Below, piece by piece: positions 36,084 through 50,313 of a stretch of 64,000 nt of DNA (position 1 is its first letter; every line of letters begins with the position of its first letter). The translations under genes and the position numbers were made by a program. The DNA is taken from NCBI GenBank assembly GCA_963575745.1, contig CAUYUJ010000114.1, positions 682,001 through 746,000 on the forward strand. Direction: 5' to 3'. The notes below the pieces were generated by a model. The model ran no database searches. It worked only from the letters and a program-made list of their open reading frames with translations, and had not been told where the DNA came from. The DNA is from Prorocentrum cordatum (Eukaryota).

Positions 36084-37957
36084 TATCCTTCGCCTTGATC
36101 ACCAGAAAGAAGTTCGAGCGCCCAGAAAAAGTACCGAAACTCAAGGGCTTTCACGTGTCGGGCCCTGGGAGACGCTCGCCCGACACGGTTTCGACACTCT
36201 TTGGGCCCTTTTCCGGGTGCTCGAAATTTTTTTTGGGATGTGGTCCTTAAGTAAGATGGGAACAACAATTCTGGATGAATGGGGGAGGCCCCGGGGTCCA
36301 GGCCCCGCTTCCCTCAGGGCCTGCTTGTTGGCCAAAGCCACGCGCGGCCCACACGTTTGTGTAGAGCCATTGCTTATTTTCTGCGGTTTAAAAAAAAAGG
36401 ACCCATCTATCCAGCTCCCTGGCAAGTCCCGCCACCATGCCAGCCCAAGGTGTTGGGTTTCGACCCTTCGACAGGGCACGGGTGCCTGTCATGTGCACCG
36501 CCCATTTGAACAGATTTTGGGGTCCTCTTGCGGGGTTCCTTGGGCTGTCTGTCAAGGTGCTGTGACCCGTTGGATTTTGTGACCAGTTGCGTTTAGTTGG
36601 CGTCAGTGACAGTGGCTTGCCCTGAGCTCTTGAGAGGTCGTCTCGGGATTCCCTCCGCTCCTTCTTCGGCCTTTTTGAGGCTCTCTTGGGCTATCTCGGG
36701 CTCTCTTGGGGCCTTCGTGACCGTTTTGGGAGCGTCGTTGGGTTACCATGGGGCCGTCTTGGGCCGTCCAGGGATCTCTTAGGCCGTCTTGGGTCCCTCC
36801 TGCGGGCCTTTAGGGTCAACTTGAAGCCCTCTTGAGACCGTCCTGGGCTGTCCAGGGGCCGTCTTGAGCTGCCTGAAGGCCGTTTTGGAGACCCCTTGGG
36901 CTATCTTGAGGTTCCCTTTGGTCGTCGTGGGGCCACCTTGGAGGCATCTTGGGTCGTCTTGAGCCGACGGGAGCTTGAAAAGGCGAGGATGGGAATACAT
37001 TCCAAGACAATGCAAATCTAAGATGTTGGCCTTTTCGGGCCTTTTTGGAAGCTCTCGTAGAACACTCTTTGCCCGTCTTGGAGGCCTCTGGTGCCGCCCC
37101 GAGGCCATCTTGGGCCATTTGGGAGCCATCTTCGGCCGTCTTGGAGGCATCTTCGGCCTCTTTGAAGCTGCGGAGTTCCGTCTTGGAAGCCATCTTGGGC
37201 ATATTGGACGCCTTGGAGGGCGCCAGGAACGTGTCTGGGCGACGACAGAGCCTCTGGAAGGGGGGGCGGTGCACGCAACTCTACGTGCCCTTTAGGAGCT
37301 CACAGACACCCTGCCAGACAGTACTTGGCATTCTAGCGCGCCTCGACGTGCCAGGGGGCACGGGGGCGGATCGTTGTCCTCATTCTATTATATCATATGC
37401 ATGGGCAGCCGGCAATTCTGACGTCGGAGTTCGGGGACACGGGGCTGGAGTAGAGGGGGTCGGAGGATGGCGCTGCATCCACGAAGCGGCTCGATCTGGA
37501 GTCCGACTATCGCCATGCCGACGTCACCGATGCATCGCCGATGCACCGGCGACGCATCGGCGGTGCGGCGCGATCCGTCGGTATGGTATGTTCGACTCCA
37601 GGACACGCAGCAGATTGTCCTGGGGCGCAAGGCTACCCTCAGGATAGGGGCCTGTAGCTCTGGGGGCCGCGGCTCGGAGCAGCAACACAGGAGCGACGCC
37701 AACAACACGGGGTCGTCTGCGCCGGCATCGGCGCGCAGGCTGCCCGCGTGAGCTCGCGCGTAAGCACCCGCAGGCTTCCGACAGAGCGTGCCGCGCTGGC
37801 TGCCCGCGCAAGCTGCGGCGCAGGCCACCAACCCGCCAACCCACCAAACCACCCCCACCCCAACCCGAAGGCCTCGAGTTGCCCTTCATTTCCAGTGGGG
37901 GGGGGTTCGGGGAACATGGACAAAGCACAGATGGAACCCTTACCCCCCCCAACCCGA

Positions 37958-38269
37958 AGGAGGAGGAGGAGGAGGAGGAGGAGGAGGAGGAGGAGGAGGA
38001 CAACTCGGGACCCCCCCCCAAACCCGAAGGAGGAGGAGGAGGAGGAGGAGGAGGAGGAGGAGGACAACTCGGGCCTTCGGGGGTTGGGGTTGGGGTGGTC
38101 CGGTCCGCAGTCACAGAGAGGTCACCGCGCCATCTCGCGCAGAGGACTTCCCTTCTCCGTCGTCGCTCCGCTCGCAGGGCGCCGGGGCCTGCGCCGAGCA
38201 CGACGCCGACGACGCCGACGCCGACGACGACGCCGACGACGACGACGACGACGACGCCGACGCCGACGA

Positions 38270-38368
<99 letters not shown>

Positions 38369-39727
38369 CGACCGCTGGGACTGGCTTCTCATCCTGGGGC
38401 TGGCTTTTCATCCTGGGTGTAGGCGCCCTCAGCGAGCCCCTCGAGGAGGCGGTGCGCGGTGGGCTCCGACGTGGGGGAGGGGGGGGGCGGGCCCTCCGGG
38501 CAGTGCGGCGGGGCCTCTCGGCGGGTGCGGCGAGGCCGGGGACCGTCGGCGAAGCTCGCGCCCACCGTCGTGCACCTACCCCACAGCGCCAGCAGCCCCG
38601 CGAGCAGGAAGCACCTTCGCCAGGAGGAGGCGGCGGAGGAGGCGGAGGAGGAGGAGGAGGAGGAGGGAGGAGGAGGGGGGAGGAGGAGGAGGAGGGGGGG
38701 AGGAGGAGAGGAGAGGGGGAGGCGGAGGAGAAGGGGAGGAGGAGGGGGAGGAGAAGAAGGAGGCGGAGAGGAGGAGGGGGGAGGAGAGAGAGGAGGAGGA
38801 CGAGGATCAAGTCGGGCTTCCCGGCGGCCCTGGGTCGTAGCTGCCCGGGCGTCTGAGGCCTCGGCTCGGGGGGGCCCAAGCTGACGGGCCTGGTTTCCAC
38901 CACCACCAACAGAAGTTGGAGGGGGAGGGGCTCCTCCTCCTCCTCCTCCTCCTCCTCTCCTCCTCCTCCTCTCCTCTCCTCCACTTCCTCCTCCACTCCT
39001 CCTCCCCACCACCACCATGAGTTGGAGGGGGAGGGGGTCCTCCTCCTCCTCCTCCTCCTCCTCCTCCTCCTCCTCCACTTCCTCCTCCTACTCTTCCACC
39101 ACCACCACCACCACGACCATAAGTTGGAGGGGAGGGGGCCCTCCTCCTCCTCCTCCTCCTCCTCCTCCTCTTCGTCCTCCTCCTCGTCTCCTCCTCGTTC
39201 CCCCCGCCAATTCATGGTGGTGGTGGAAAACGAGCCCATCGGAAGTGGGTACAGAGCCTTCTTCCGTCGGCGGCGAGGCAGAGGCAGCCCGCTCCAGCGT
39301 GTGGCACTCCGGGGCAACCGGACGGCCAATCGGCCAGCGTGCAAGAGAGGGGCAAGGACGAGGACGGCCGCGCGGGGGAAGGGAGAGGAGAGAGCGTCCA
39401 GACGTGGAAGATATTCCGCGTCGAGCGAGCTGGAGCGGGCGGCCTTGGCCCGCTCGGTGGGTACGGAAACAATGGGTACGGCGGCGGCGAGACTTTTTGA
39501 CGTCTGGGGCCCTGGCGATCGTCTGCTTGCAGACGGCCGCCAGGGCCTCTTTGACGATGGCCCATCCATCCCTCCCCCTCCTCCTCCTCCTCCTCCTCCT
39601 CCTCCTCCTCCTCCTCCTCCTCCTCCCCCTCTCCTCCCCTCCTCCTCCCCTCCTCCCTCCTCCTCCTCCTCCTCCTCCTCCTCCTCCTCCTCCTCCTCCT
39701 CCTCCTCCTCCTCCTCCTCCTCCTCCC
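37958..39727. repeat. Cluster of (GGA)n/(TCC)n and (GAC)n microsatellites; similar tracts at 4010-4170, 5560-5700, 6560-6665, 7010-7180, 9490-9620
   Basis: Directly visible. Confidence 0.9.
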
Positions 39728-42700
39728 CTGGGGATCTCAACCTCTCAACTGCCCACCTCACCGATCCACCGCGTCGTCCACCTGCGTCGGCGCCCCTGGC
39801 AGGCGGCGGGGCGCCCTCGCCGCGCGGCCGCCGACGGGGCGGCGACCGCGCCGCCTCGGGCGCCGCCGCCCCTCCTGGTGGGTGCGGGCATTTTGATCGA
39901 TCGATCGGTCGACATCTGTGGGCCGACAGGGTAAACCTGCGAGGCGCCGCAGGAGCGCGCGCCTCCGCAGGCAAGCTGGTGCAACGGCTTCGGAGGGAAG
40001 GCGAACAATTAGGGGAACAAAAAGTGACATAAATCAAGGGCAGAAGAAACGCCCCTACACTGGTTTACGAGGCGCTGTGCGCTGAAACATCTGTGGGCCG
40101 ACAGGGTAAACCTTGCGTGATGTGCCGCGCCCTGGCGGCTCTAGGCTTTTTGGGGTGCCCCGGAGGTTTGCAGACCACGCACTTGTAACCCAGGGTAGGG
40201 TCGTCTTTTCATCCCTCAAGGAACAGCAGAACACAAACTCTTTTTCGTCGGCGGCGACGCAGAGTGGGCTGCGCCAGCGCTAGAGCTAGACGGGGGCACC
40301 GAGGAGCGAATTGGCCAGCGTGCAGGAGCGGGGGAGAGGACGGACAGGGCGGCCGCGGAGGGGGGGAAGAGCCGGGGCCGTTCAGAGGCGGGAAACTTCC
40401 GTCCCGAGTGCGTTGGCGCGGCAGGCCCCGTCGGCGGGATCCATGGCAGCAGCCGGGCCGCAGCGCCGGGGCAATCACGGGCGATGCCGGGGCCCAGTAC
40501 GTGGACGCAAGTACTGCAGTAACGCTGCGGATGAGCAGCAGCGAAAGCACACGAACATACATATACGTGAACATGAATTGTCGGAGTCCCGCGCGGCTTT
40601 CTTCTAGGCCTCCAAGATGGGGTCGGAGTAGATGGGGTCGGAGGACCTCGCCTCATCGCCGATGCATCGGCGATGCGGCTCGAAGTGGGGCCCAATTTTC
40701 TCCATGCCGACGTCGCCGATGCAGCGCCGGCGTCGCCAGTGCATGGCCGATGCATCGCCGACGCATCGGCGATGCATCGCCGATGTTTCGGCGATGCTGC
40801 GAGATCTGCCGACCCCATTTACCCTGACCCCATCTAGGAGGCGTCTTTTTGGGGGGGTCGGCGCTGGAGCCTCCTGGCGCCGCCCCCGGCGCGCTCCCCG
40901 CTCCGGGGAGCAGGACCCAGCGCCGATCCGAGAAGTCCATGTCGAGCTCCGAAAGTTCACGCGTAATGTATGCCACGTGCTTCAGGAGCGGAAGAAACAC
41001 ACAGACACCATGAATCGTCGATTCCCCCGGAAATGTTGGACAACATATGGGAATTGGGGGGGGGAAGACAAAAACCTAGAAAATATTGGAAAATATAGGG
41101 AATCTGGTTCTTTGTGTCTATTTCTTTGTGTGCCCCAGTTCCCCTGCAGTGCTGTTCGGCTCATCTCTGGGGTAACGCCAGGGAGGTTTAGGGCCAGGCG
41201 CGGGAGCGTGCGTCGATCCACCATCGCCCCTTTCATCGCCGATGGGAGCCGGGGTACCGGGCGCCCCGCTCCGCGCAGATGTGTCGATCGTCGCCGCGCA
41301 GGATATACAGCAGGAATATAGCACCACCCACCAAACCACCCCGACCCAACCCGAAGGTTCAGATCTACCCTCGATTTCCAGTGGGGGGGGGGGTCGGGAA
41401 ACATCGAAAAAACACATGTGGAACCCTTACCCCCCCCAACCCGAAATTCGGGTCTTCGGGTTGGGTTGGGGTGGTCTGGTAGGTAGTCAGTATAGGCGTT
41501 CGAACGGTCCGCGCGAATTGTTTTCATCTCTGTGGGGTCCACCTTGTGGCGCCTACCAGGCAGCCACCCAAAGACGCGCTCCGCGCGCAATGGAGCGAGC
41601 CCAATATAGAAGAAATCTGCGCGGACCTCCGACAGTGTATGTTTACGCGCAGTTGCGTGTTTGATTTTGTTCGAGGGATCGACGTCTCCATCAGATCCCT
41701 CTTCGAAAATCCACGACCCCCAGATGAGGCTGGAGTCGATGGGACCAGAGTTCCTGGCCGCATCTCCGATGCATCGGCGACGCGGCGTGATTTGGAGTCC
41801 GATTTTCTCCATCTGGACGTCGCTTGCACATCGGAGATGCATTGGCGATGCGGTGCGATCTCCCGACCCACTTTTTTTCCTGGTCCTATGTGGCAGGCCT
41901 CCTCGAAAAGGCGCCCCCAAGATTCAAGCATTTGCCCAAGACACCCATACAGAGCACAGGATCCGCGCAATGCCGATCCATCGATCGACATCCATCGTTG
42001 TCGATTGAAGATCCATCGGCATGTCGATCGATGCTCGACGTTTCGGGTTCCAGACATCGTAGGATCGAGGCGCTTGGCTGTGTCTGGGCTATCTGTCGGG
42101 CAGTTTGGAACGGCCGCGGCGCCCGATACATCCTCCCGAGCCGCCATATCTCAGAGATCTCCGATTTTGGGTCCGGTTTTGTCCTGGCCCTGGCTTCGTC
42201 TTACTTTGGGGGGGCCTCGGGAGGGGGGCGCCCTCGTCGTGGCCGAGGCCGGCCGGATCCCGTGCCTTGGCTTAGGGGGGCAACGTCAGGGGGGCAGAGG
42301 CTCAGTGGGGACGCATCGACCCCCAGTCGCCCATGGATTGCCGATGGAGACTGGATAGCCTACCCCGCCCAGGACCATGCGGCTTCGCTATCGGGGGGGG
42401 CTATCGCCAGTCTGTCGGCGGTGCATCGCCGATTCCAGCTCGATGTTTCCCCCCTCCCCTGCTTCGTCCTCCTCCGTCGTCCTCGTTCCTCCTCTTCCTC
42501 CGAGTCGTCGGGCTGCGGTGGATCCTGGCCGGATGGCCGCTTTGAGGCCGAGGCGTTGCTGTGCACTCTTGGAGGCGCCACCCTGCTCCAGGCCCCTTGC
42601 CCACGCTGTGGCGCAAGCGGCATCTGGCGCGATCCACGGAGCTTCGTGCTTCCTATGCACGTGCGGTGCCGTGGTGTCTTCGTGCTGCGAGCGGGCGTTG

Positions 42701-45110
42701 CAAGGCGTCGGCGAGGCGCTGGGCGCGGGCGGGCCTGCGCTGCCGCAGGTGAGTGGGCCCCTGCGGGGGATGACCGCCCAGCCGAGGCTGCCGCGGCCGC
42801 GCCCGCAGGCTGCCACCTTTGTGGACGCTCTGGAAGCGGGCTGGCGCTTGGCTGATTTGCGTCTGGCCGAGGCTGCCTGCGTTGAGCCTCGCGGAGGTGA
42901 TGCTGGTGCTCGTGCCGATTGTGATGACGTCCTTGCTGATCCTGGCGTTCCTCACCAGGCTATCGTCGCCAAGATGATCGCGCCGAGGATGCATGTGTCG
43001 AGCCCCGCGCAAGTGTGCGAGAAACAGCTCCCGTCCGACGCTCTACCGTCAGTGGGGCGGACTGGTGGAATGCCCGCCAGGCGGTGGCGACTACACGGCT
43101 GGCCCCTCGTGGAAACGCTGGGTTCAAGTTTACTCCGAACTTCTTCCGCCCCTCTGCGCCCTCTGAGCCGCGCGGTAGATCTGTTCGATTGCGTGCCAAG
43201 CGCACTGTCTGTCGTGATGCGTGATGTCTTGTCTGCATGTTGTAGATAATCTCTCTCTCTCTCTCTCTTGTTAGATGCTCCTCTCCCGTGCCACCCAGGA
43301 GAGGTTTGGAGCTTGCTAGCCGCCAGCGTCTCTTGCCTTGCTGACTGTGGCCCTCGTGGTTTTCGGTCCCTTGTTCTTCGGTCGGTCCTTTCGGTCGGCT
43401 CTGTCTCTGGGTCCTGGGTCCGTCCAACGTCCCTTTCGGCCTTTCGGGCCCTCGCCGTTCGTCGGCTTTGCAGGGGGCTGAGGCTAGTCGTCAGCCCGCG
43501 TCCAAAAAAAAATGCGCAAGCTCTGGGCTGGTTTCTTTCATGGCATTCCCCCCCCTCCCCCTCCTCGCCGCTTTTCTTTTCAGCACTGGGCCAGAACTAC
43601 TTTCGATTTGCATGATCTCCAGCTTTCCTTTAGGTGCTAGCCGGTGAGCCCCCCCCGCCCATGCAAGCAAGCTTGCCCGAATTCGTGCTTAAAAACAACA
43701 TGGTCTTTTTCACGGTCCCAGGGCCGGGCAAAGGTCCCAGCGGGCCGAAAATTGCCACGAACCGCCCGCTTTGCGTTTCCGCGGCGCGAGGTTGTCTGGG
43801 GAGGACAGAGGACACCAAGAAGGAAACGCGTCCTACTCCGGCCTGGTTCCGCTTAGCCCAGCTCAGTCTCGCCCGATGGATGTCTGGCCCAATCTTCGGC
43901 CCGCTCTGGTCCAGCTTGGCTCGCTGGCACCCGAGGTCGGGCCTCGTCTTCCGGTCGTTCCCACGAAGATCTTCTCAGGAGCTGCCTCGAGAAAGGGGGG
44001 GCCGGGAGGGCGGGGGGCAGGAAACTGGCCCAGGGAAGGAGCACGATGACCATGACCAATATGTCGCAGGATCCTGGTGGCGCTGATCTTGGTCATGGTC
44101 CATGCCGGCCGTCGCCGACTCGCGAGGACGATCCACGAGCTGACGGTGACCACAATGGAGGGCGACAAAGATCGGCACCGCCGTTTCCGCGTTCAGTCTT
44201 GGTCATGGTCCTCGGTTTTTTTTCCCTCCATCGCAGGCGACCGCTCGCCCCCAGTCCCCGAGTTCCCCCCAACAGGCTGGCCGCTCAGAAAAGGAGGGGG
44301 CGGTCGAGGGATGCACCCCTTTGGGGGCTACTCGGGGGCACCCCCACGAGGCTTGGCGCCCCCGCCCCATCGTATCTCCGCGAGCTGTGCCCCGAATCTG
44401 CTGTACCGTCGCAGACCCCGCAACGTCTGGGGTGGGGTCGCCATCGCGCCCCGTTGGGGGCAGATGTGGCGCTGCAGAGAGGGCGCCTCGGGTCGGGCGA
44501 AGATGCGGGTCATGGTCACCGTTTCAGCTGACGGACGCACCCTCGTGCCTTTTTGCATGGGGATTTTTTGCGAGCGCCACCCTCACCCCAAAATCAAGAA
44601 TGGCGGGCTGCGCTGCGATGTGTCGATCTGCCGGCCCGCCGACATCCTACACCCCGCCGGCGGTGCCAACCAGCACTGCATCGGGGGCAGGGGGGCGTTG
44701 AAGTTCGCGCCGACCCCCCTGGTCGCGCGAGCGGTGCAGGATTGTGCCCATCCGCCGATCCGACCAGGAGCCGCCGGCGCCCCCAGCCGAGCGCCTGCCC
44801 CATCCCGACGGCGGCGCGGGGCGAGCGGCGGTGCCCCCCCCCCCCGCGCGCGCGCAGGCGCCGTCTGCCCGCGGAGCCCGCCGGGCAGCTGCAGCCCTGG
44901 ACCGCGCCAGCCGTGCCCGAGATCTCCGACAGTGCGGAGTGTGACAGAACGGACGGTGTGTCCGCAGGTTCGAAGGAGGAGATGTGGTGTTCCATCCCTG
45001 GCGCCTTGTGCTAAAAAACGGGCGGCCTCTCCATGGATCCGAGGGTCTGCGTTTTTCAGTCCCGGGCGTTCTGTCAGACCACGGACGGCTTTTCTATACA
45101 GACATATATG

Positions 45111-45141
<31 letters not shown>

Positions 45142-45152
45142 GTGAATATGTA

Positions 45153-45184
<32 letters not shown>

Positions 45185-45401
45185 CCCGAAGACCTGTCCT
45201 TGTGAAATCCTGGGCGTGTTTCCTCGCTCTCTGCCTCCTCAGCCCGCTATGCTGGGCCCGCCCCAGGGACCATCAACGAAGCTGATCTCTGCGGCACAAG
45301 AGACTGGCCCCGGGGGAGGGCTGTCGGGAGAGGTCAGTCGGAGGCGGCAAAGAGGGGGTGATGACTAGGGGGGTGGGGAAATCATGGCGTGGGCCATGAT
45401 A

Positions 45402-46199
45402 TTAATCGCTTCGCTCATTCCGCCGGCCCATATTGTCGCACCGTTGTGGGCTAGCCGAGTTTTGGGGCCTCTTGCTGGGGGCCGTTTTGGGGCCTCTTGG
45501 GGCCTCTTTTGGGCCTCTTGGGCGCCTCTTGGGGCGTCTTGGGGGCCTCTTGGGGGCCTCTTGGGGCCTTTTTGGGGCCTCCTGGGCGCCTTCTGGGGCG
45601 GAGGGCTCGATTTTTCAGTTCTCGGTTCCCCTCTTCAGCCCCTCTTGGGCCCGTCTTGGGGCCTCTTGGTCCGTCTTGGGCGGCACTTGGGCCGTCTTGG
45701 GGGCCCTCCTGGGCCGTTCCGGGGCCGTCTTGGGAGCCTCGTGGGCCGTCTTGGAGCGGTCTTGGGGGCCTCTTGGGCCGTCTTGGAGCGTCCGGAAGCC
45801 GAAAAAGCCAGAACGCAAAAAACATCGAAAAAAATGAAAATCAACGATTTTGGCCTCTTGGGGCCCTCTTCGGAGGCCTCTTGGAAGGCCCTTGGGGCGT
45901 CTTGGAGGCCTCTTGGGCTGTCTTGGGGCCCTGTTGGGCGTCTTCGGGCGATCTTTGGCCGTCTCGGGGCCCTCTTGGACCGTCTTGGAGGCTTCTTGGG
46001 GACCTCTTGGCCCGTCCTGGGGCCCTGTAACAGAACTCCGGCATCTCTGGCCCGACCTTGCCGGGGACTTGCCGGGGACCTTGCCGGGGTACTTTTCGTC
46101 CGGGGACCCCCAGGGGCCGCCCCGCGCGCGCGAACTAGAAATACTGTTAACCAGGTACCGGAGATCTTAGCACGCCCTGGCCCGTTGGGCCGGCGAATT
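45402..46199 (+). mobile_element. Non-autonomous Helentron/Helitron2-like insertion containing a GGGGCCTCTT array
   Basis: Interrupts a repeat whose empty site is at ~50095-50120. Inserted in a T-run without a TSD; ends in a hairpin (GGCCCGTTGGGCC) plus GGCGAATT. Confidence 0.55.
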
Positions 46200-49100
46200 T
46201 CCGCAGATTTCATGGCGCCTCTTCTTATCTCATGACGTCCCTGGCCCCCCCCCCCTGGGCCGCGCACGTGCCGCCTGCCAGGATTTGCCCCCCCCCCCCC
46301 CCCCCTCTTGGACGCCTCCCTCTCGGCCGCTCCCGAGTCGGGGGCCGCGGATCGAGAAAGCCATCTCCGAGGACGTCTCTCGGAGGCCAGTTGAGCGAGG
46401 CAGCAGAAGGGGGTCGTCTGCGCCGACAGTGGCGCGCAAGCTGCCCGCGTGAGGTCGCGCGTGAGCGCCCTCGTTGCCGCCGTGGCATGCCGCCGCGCGC
46501 GGGCGGCCCGCGTGAGCCGCCGCGTGAGGTCGCCGTGTCCCTTCGCGCAGGACCCGCTTTGGGTCTGCGCTCGGGTGCATGTCGTAAGTCGGGCCTGTCC
46601 CCCTGCAGGGGGATTTTCGACGAAAAATGAAACATACCCCAAACATAGTCCCAAAATAATCCAAAAATGGTCTGGGGACTATTTTTGGAGTATTTTTTTT
46701 TTAAACCTTTTTGGAGCATTTGTGGGGTATGTATTGTTTTTCATCGAAAATCCCCCTGTAGGGGGACAGGCCCGACTCAGTGCATGTCCAGATCTCAGCA
46801 TTCGGGGGCAGTTGTCAGGCCCCGGGGCCCCGTGTCCACGGGCCAGCCTTGGAAGATGTCACCTCCAGGGAAGGGGTCGTCGGGGCCTCTCGGACCGCGG
46901 GGCGAGGAAGAAAGCAAATGCTGAGCACGACACGCACATGAGCACATAGCCACTATCACGTGGCATCGCAATACTTGCTGATTGCGACACGCCACGCCGT
47001 GGCCGAAGAAATGCCAAAGCGCTGGGAGGGCCTCCACACCCGTGTCGTGAAAAAAACATGTGTCGTCGGGGCGAGAAAGGAAAACACGTGTGCCGTCGGG
47101 TGCCAAGCGTCCTTGAGACTTGAGAGTTGCATCCGTTTACCCCGGGCGTCTTCGCCCAGATTCGGACCTCCGAGAGTCCGCAACCCAGAATGACAAGCTT
47201 GACTTCATCATCCACCACATGGCCACGATAACTGCAATCGCGAACTCGCAGATCCAGGTAATGCGATCGACAAAGGTTTTGCTTAGCCGGGTCGAGACCC
47301 CATGAGTGATCCAGTTTGGGAGATGCCGCAGGAAGGTGGGGTCTGTGGCTCTGGACGTAATTCTTCACTGTGGTGCATGTTTGCTCGCGACGTCGGATCC
47401 CAGGAGCGCATGGCGGGCTCGTGTCGTGTCGACACGGCGGCGACCCCAGCGCTTACGATCAACGTTGAACGCCGCCAGAGGCTTGGAATGTGCCGACATC
47501 GAAGGATCATACGCCATCGGAGGGCTGCGATCCCTCGAGGTTGAGCGGTCCGCGCCGCGCAGTGTCAAAGGTCACCGCGCAGGTCGCCACGACACGGACC
47601 CGCCGTGGCAGGCCAGCTCTGCCGCTTGTGCCACCGCTCCGGGAAGCGTGCCCGGAGATCCGTCGCGCCGATTTGCTCCGTGCGGGGCCCCCCGCAGTCC
47701 CCACCCTTTCTCCAGGGCCGGCTTTTGGTCCCGATGCGTTGTTGGACGGCCACGGGGCTCGGCGAGGGCCCCTGGAGACCGAAACCGATGGGGCATCTCA
47801 CGGTGCGCGCGGCCGCGCGTGCCGAGCACGCGAGCGCGGAAGCGTGCCTCGAAGTGGTCTCGTGCACGGCTGGCCTCGTCCAGCGAGTGCGTCGGCCACG
47901 CGCAGAGGGGGGCAGGGGGAGAGGGGCCAGGGCTAGACCTAAACGGTGTTTTTGGTGATTTCGTGGGCCGTTGTCGTTTCGACTTCGTTTTGCGGTAAAG
48001 GTGGATTCGAGACAAAAGCGAAGGAAAACGAAAACAAAACGAAAACGAAAAACACAGTTTAGGTTCAGCCCTGAGAGGGGCAGGCTTCTTAGAAGCACCC
48101 TTGCGTCTTAGAAGGCGCGGGCCTTGTCTGTAGATGTGTGGCCGGCGCCTTCTAAGAAGCAGCCTCCTCCTAAGAAGCCTTCCCTCCTCCCCCCTGTCCC
48201 CTTGTGCGCGCCGCCAAGTGGGGACGGTCTACGAGCCGCTTGCTCGCCCTGGGCTGGCGACGCCGAGCAGGGTAGCCGGCCTCGGCGCCCTCGCCATCGC
48301 GGGTGGCCCCAGCGTCCCTGCTGAGGTGATTTGTTCGACCCGGTCGGCATCGGGACAACGGGGTCCTTGAGGATGCGGCGGGGGCGTCGACGAAGGGGTT
48401 GAGGGCCAGTCGGCTAGGCTAGGAGGGTGTGGACGTCATGCACGGGCCATGACATGTCCCAGGTTTCATCGCCCATACAGTCGGCCCAGATTAGTAGGTC
48501 GACCCTGCCAAATCAAGGGTACCCTTGTGTCCTTTGTCTCGCGACCCGTTCCTTCTCACACTCCTATAGCGATGTGGCCCGCGGAAGGGTCTTGTGTCCT
48601 CTCGCGTGTCCTGGCCAATCGAATCCGCCCATATTCACACAGCTCTCATGCTTTCGCCCCCTTGTCCCTCGTCGGCGCACCCGAGCCCTGGAGGCAGTTC
48701 GTTGCTCTCGGCCTCCCGGGGCCCTCCCCGGGTCCCGAGATCGTCAGAGAACGGCGCGCAGGAGGGGGAAAACACACACACACACTGACATACACACACA
48801 CACACTTACACACACAAACACACACACACAAACACACAAACACACAAACACACAAACACACACACACACAAAAACACAAACACACACAAACACAATGAAT
48901 GGTCGATGCCCCAGAAAAACATGGGAAACTATGTGAAGTGGGGGGGAATAGAAAAACCCAGACAATATGGGAAGATTTAGGGGATCTGGCTATTTGTGTC
49001 TATTTATGTTTGTGTGCCCCAGCTCCCTTCCAAAAGAACGACTCGGGATGCAGGACCCCATTCCCTCGGGACCCGCTTCCCTCGTGTCCGGGCCTCCTGG

Positions 49101-49509
49101 ATGGGGTCGGAGCAGAGCTGGGGCCGGAGGACCGCGCCGCACCGCCGACGCATGGACGATGCGGCTCGATGGTGGCGACCGTGCCTCCCCACGCCGACGC
49201 GTCGCCGATGCGTCGCCGACGTCGGCGGTGCAGCGCCGACGTCGGCGATGCACCGCGATGCGGCGCAATCCTCCGTCCCCTTCCAGGAGGCCTCGATCAT
49301 GCCCGTCCTTGATCTGGGCCTCCAGAGGCCGCTTGCGGGCCTCGGAGGCCTGGAGGCACGGATCTGGGACGGGAGATCTTCCCCCGGGGGCGGGGTGGAG
49401 GCCTCGCGCGCGTGCGGGCCGAAGAAGTCACTCCGCCGGCTGCCTGGGACCCCGGCTGCCTTGGAGCCACGCCCGGCTGTAAACTAGAGGTGCGCGGGCT
49501 TCCTCTCGT

Positions 49510-49703
49510 CGGGCCGGACGAAGGGGGGGGATTGGGAAAGGGGGGGGTACGAAATTTGCTGCATGCAGCCGCTTTCGGCCTCGCCGAGGGGCCCATTCCT
49601 CGATACATGGCCGCCGCCGGCGCCGGGCGGCGCCAGGAAAATCAGCCACGCGAGCTGCTTCTCAAGCCCCCCCTTTGCTATCCCCCGCTTTCGCCCGACC
49701 CGA
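49510..49703. mobile_element. MITE-like repeat family A (other copies ~4875-5060, ~5880-6070, partial ~54625-54715)
   Basis: Shared core ACGAAATCTGCTGCATGCAGC...GGCGCCGGGAGGCGC with imperfect TIRs (GGCCGGACGAA.../...TTTCGCCCGACCC). Confidence 0.7.
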
Positions 49704-49759
49704 TCTCGGCTCCCTCTCCAGCCGGCCAGGAAGTCCGGAGCAGCCTCGCGAGGATCTGC

Positions 49760-49962
49760 ACGCACGAAATGGGTACTGAAAGAATGGGTACAATGCCCAA
49801 CAGCGGATCTTGTTCATTTTGAACAGGGCTCGCTGTCCACGCCGCCGCGGCCTGTGTCCATTCGAGACAGGAGGCCGCCTGCCCAACCGCGGCCGCTGTT
49901 GGTTTGGGACAACATTTGCTGTTGGGCATTGTACCCATTCTTTCGGTACCCATTTCGGGCGT
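49760..49962. mobile_element. MITE family B with ~45-bp TIRs (second copy ~5365-5555)
   Basis: CGAAATGGGTACTGAAAGAATGGGTACAATGCCCAACAGC is inverted against GCTGTTGGGCATTGTACCCATTCTTTCGGTACCCATTTCG. Confidence 0.8.
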
Positions 49963-50149
49963 TCAAAGAGGAGGAATCCTCTCCCGCGTGGGCGGCTGAC
50001 GTGTTCGCACGCGCGGCCTCGCGAGCCGGGCGCCTGGGATCGGGGGCGGCAAAGAGGGGGGTGATGACTAGGGGGGGGTGGATATCATGGCGTGGGCCAT
50101 GATGTTTCCCCAGATTTCATGGCGCCTCTTCTTATCTCATGACGTCCCT

Positions 50150-50313
50150 CAGAGCGTGAATTACCTGCCCCGCTTTCGCTTCCAGGCAAAACCAAGCCAT
50201 ACCATGCGCCTCCTCGTCAAGCGGCCTGACCAGTACAGGCTGCAGTTTGGCATCGCTTGGTATCTCTTGGAGGCGAGGGTGGTCAAAAGCGAGGTAGGTT
50301 TGTTTCCCCCCTG
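50150..50313. mobile_element. 164-bp MITE with 6-bp TSD (GTCCCT)
   Basis: CAG...CTG imperfect TIRs; GTCCCT at 50144-50149 and 50314-50319; empty site GACGTCCCTGGCCC at ~46234-46247. Confidence 0.7.

Noticed and set aside
37524..40037. 837-aa minus-strand ORF and overlapping ORFs
   Set aside because: They are stop-free only because of GGA/GAC microsatellites; the translations are homopolymeric.
42377..47544. Medium-length ORFs (42377-43249, 44077-45285, 47120-47305)
   Set aside because: No recognisable domain or splice-consistent structure; they may be decayed TE fragments but cannot be supported.
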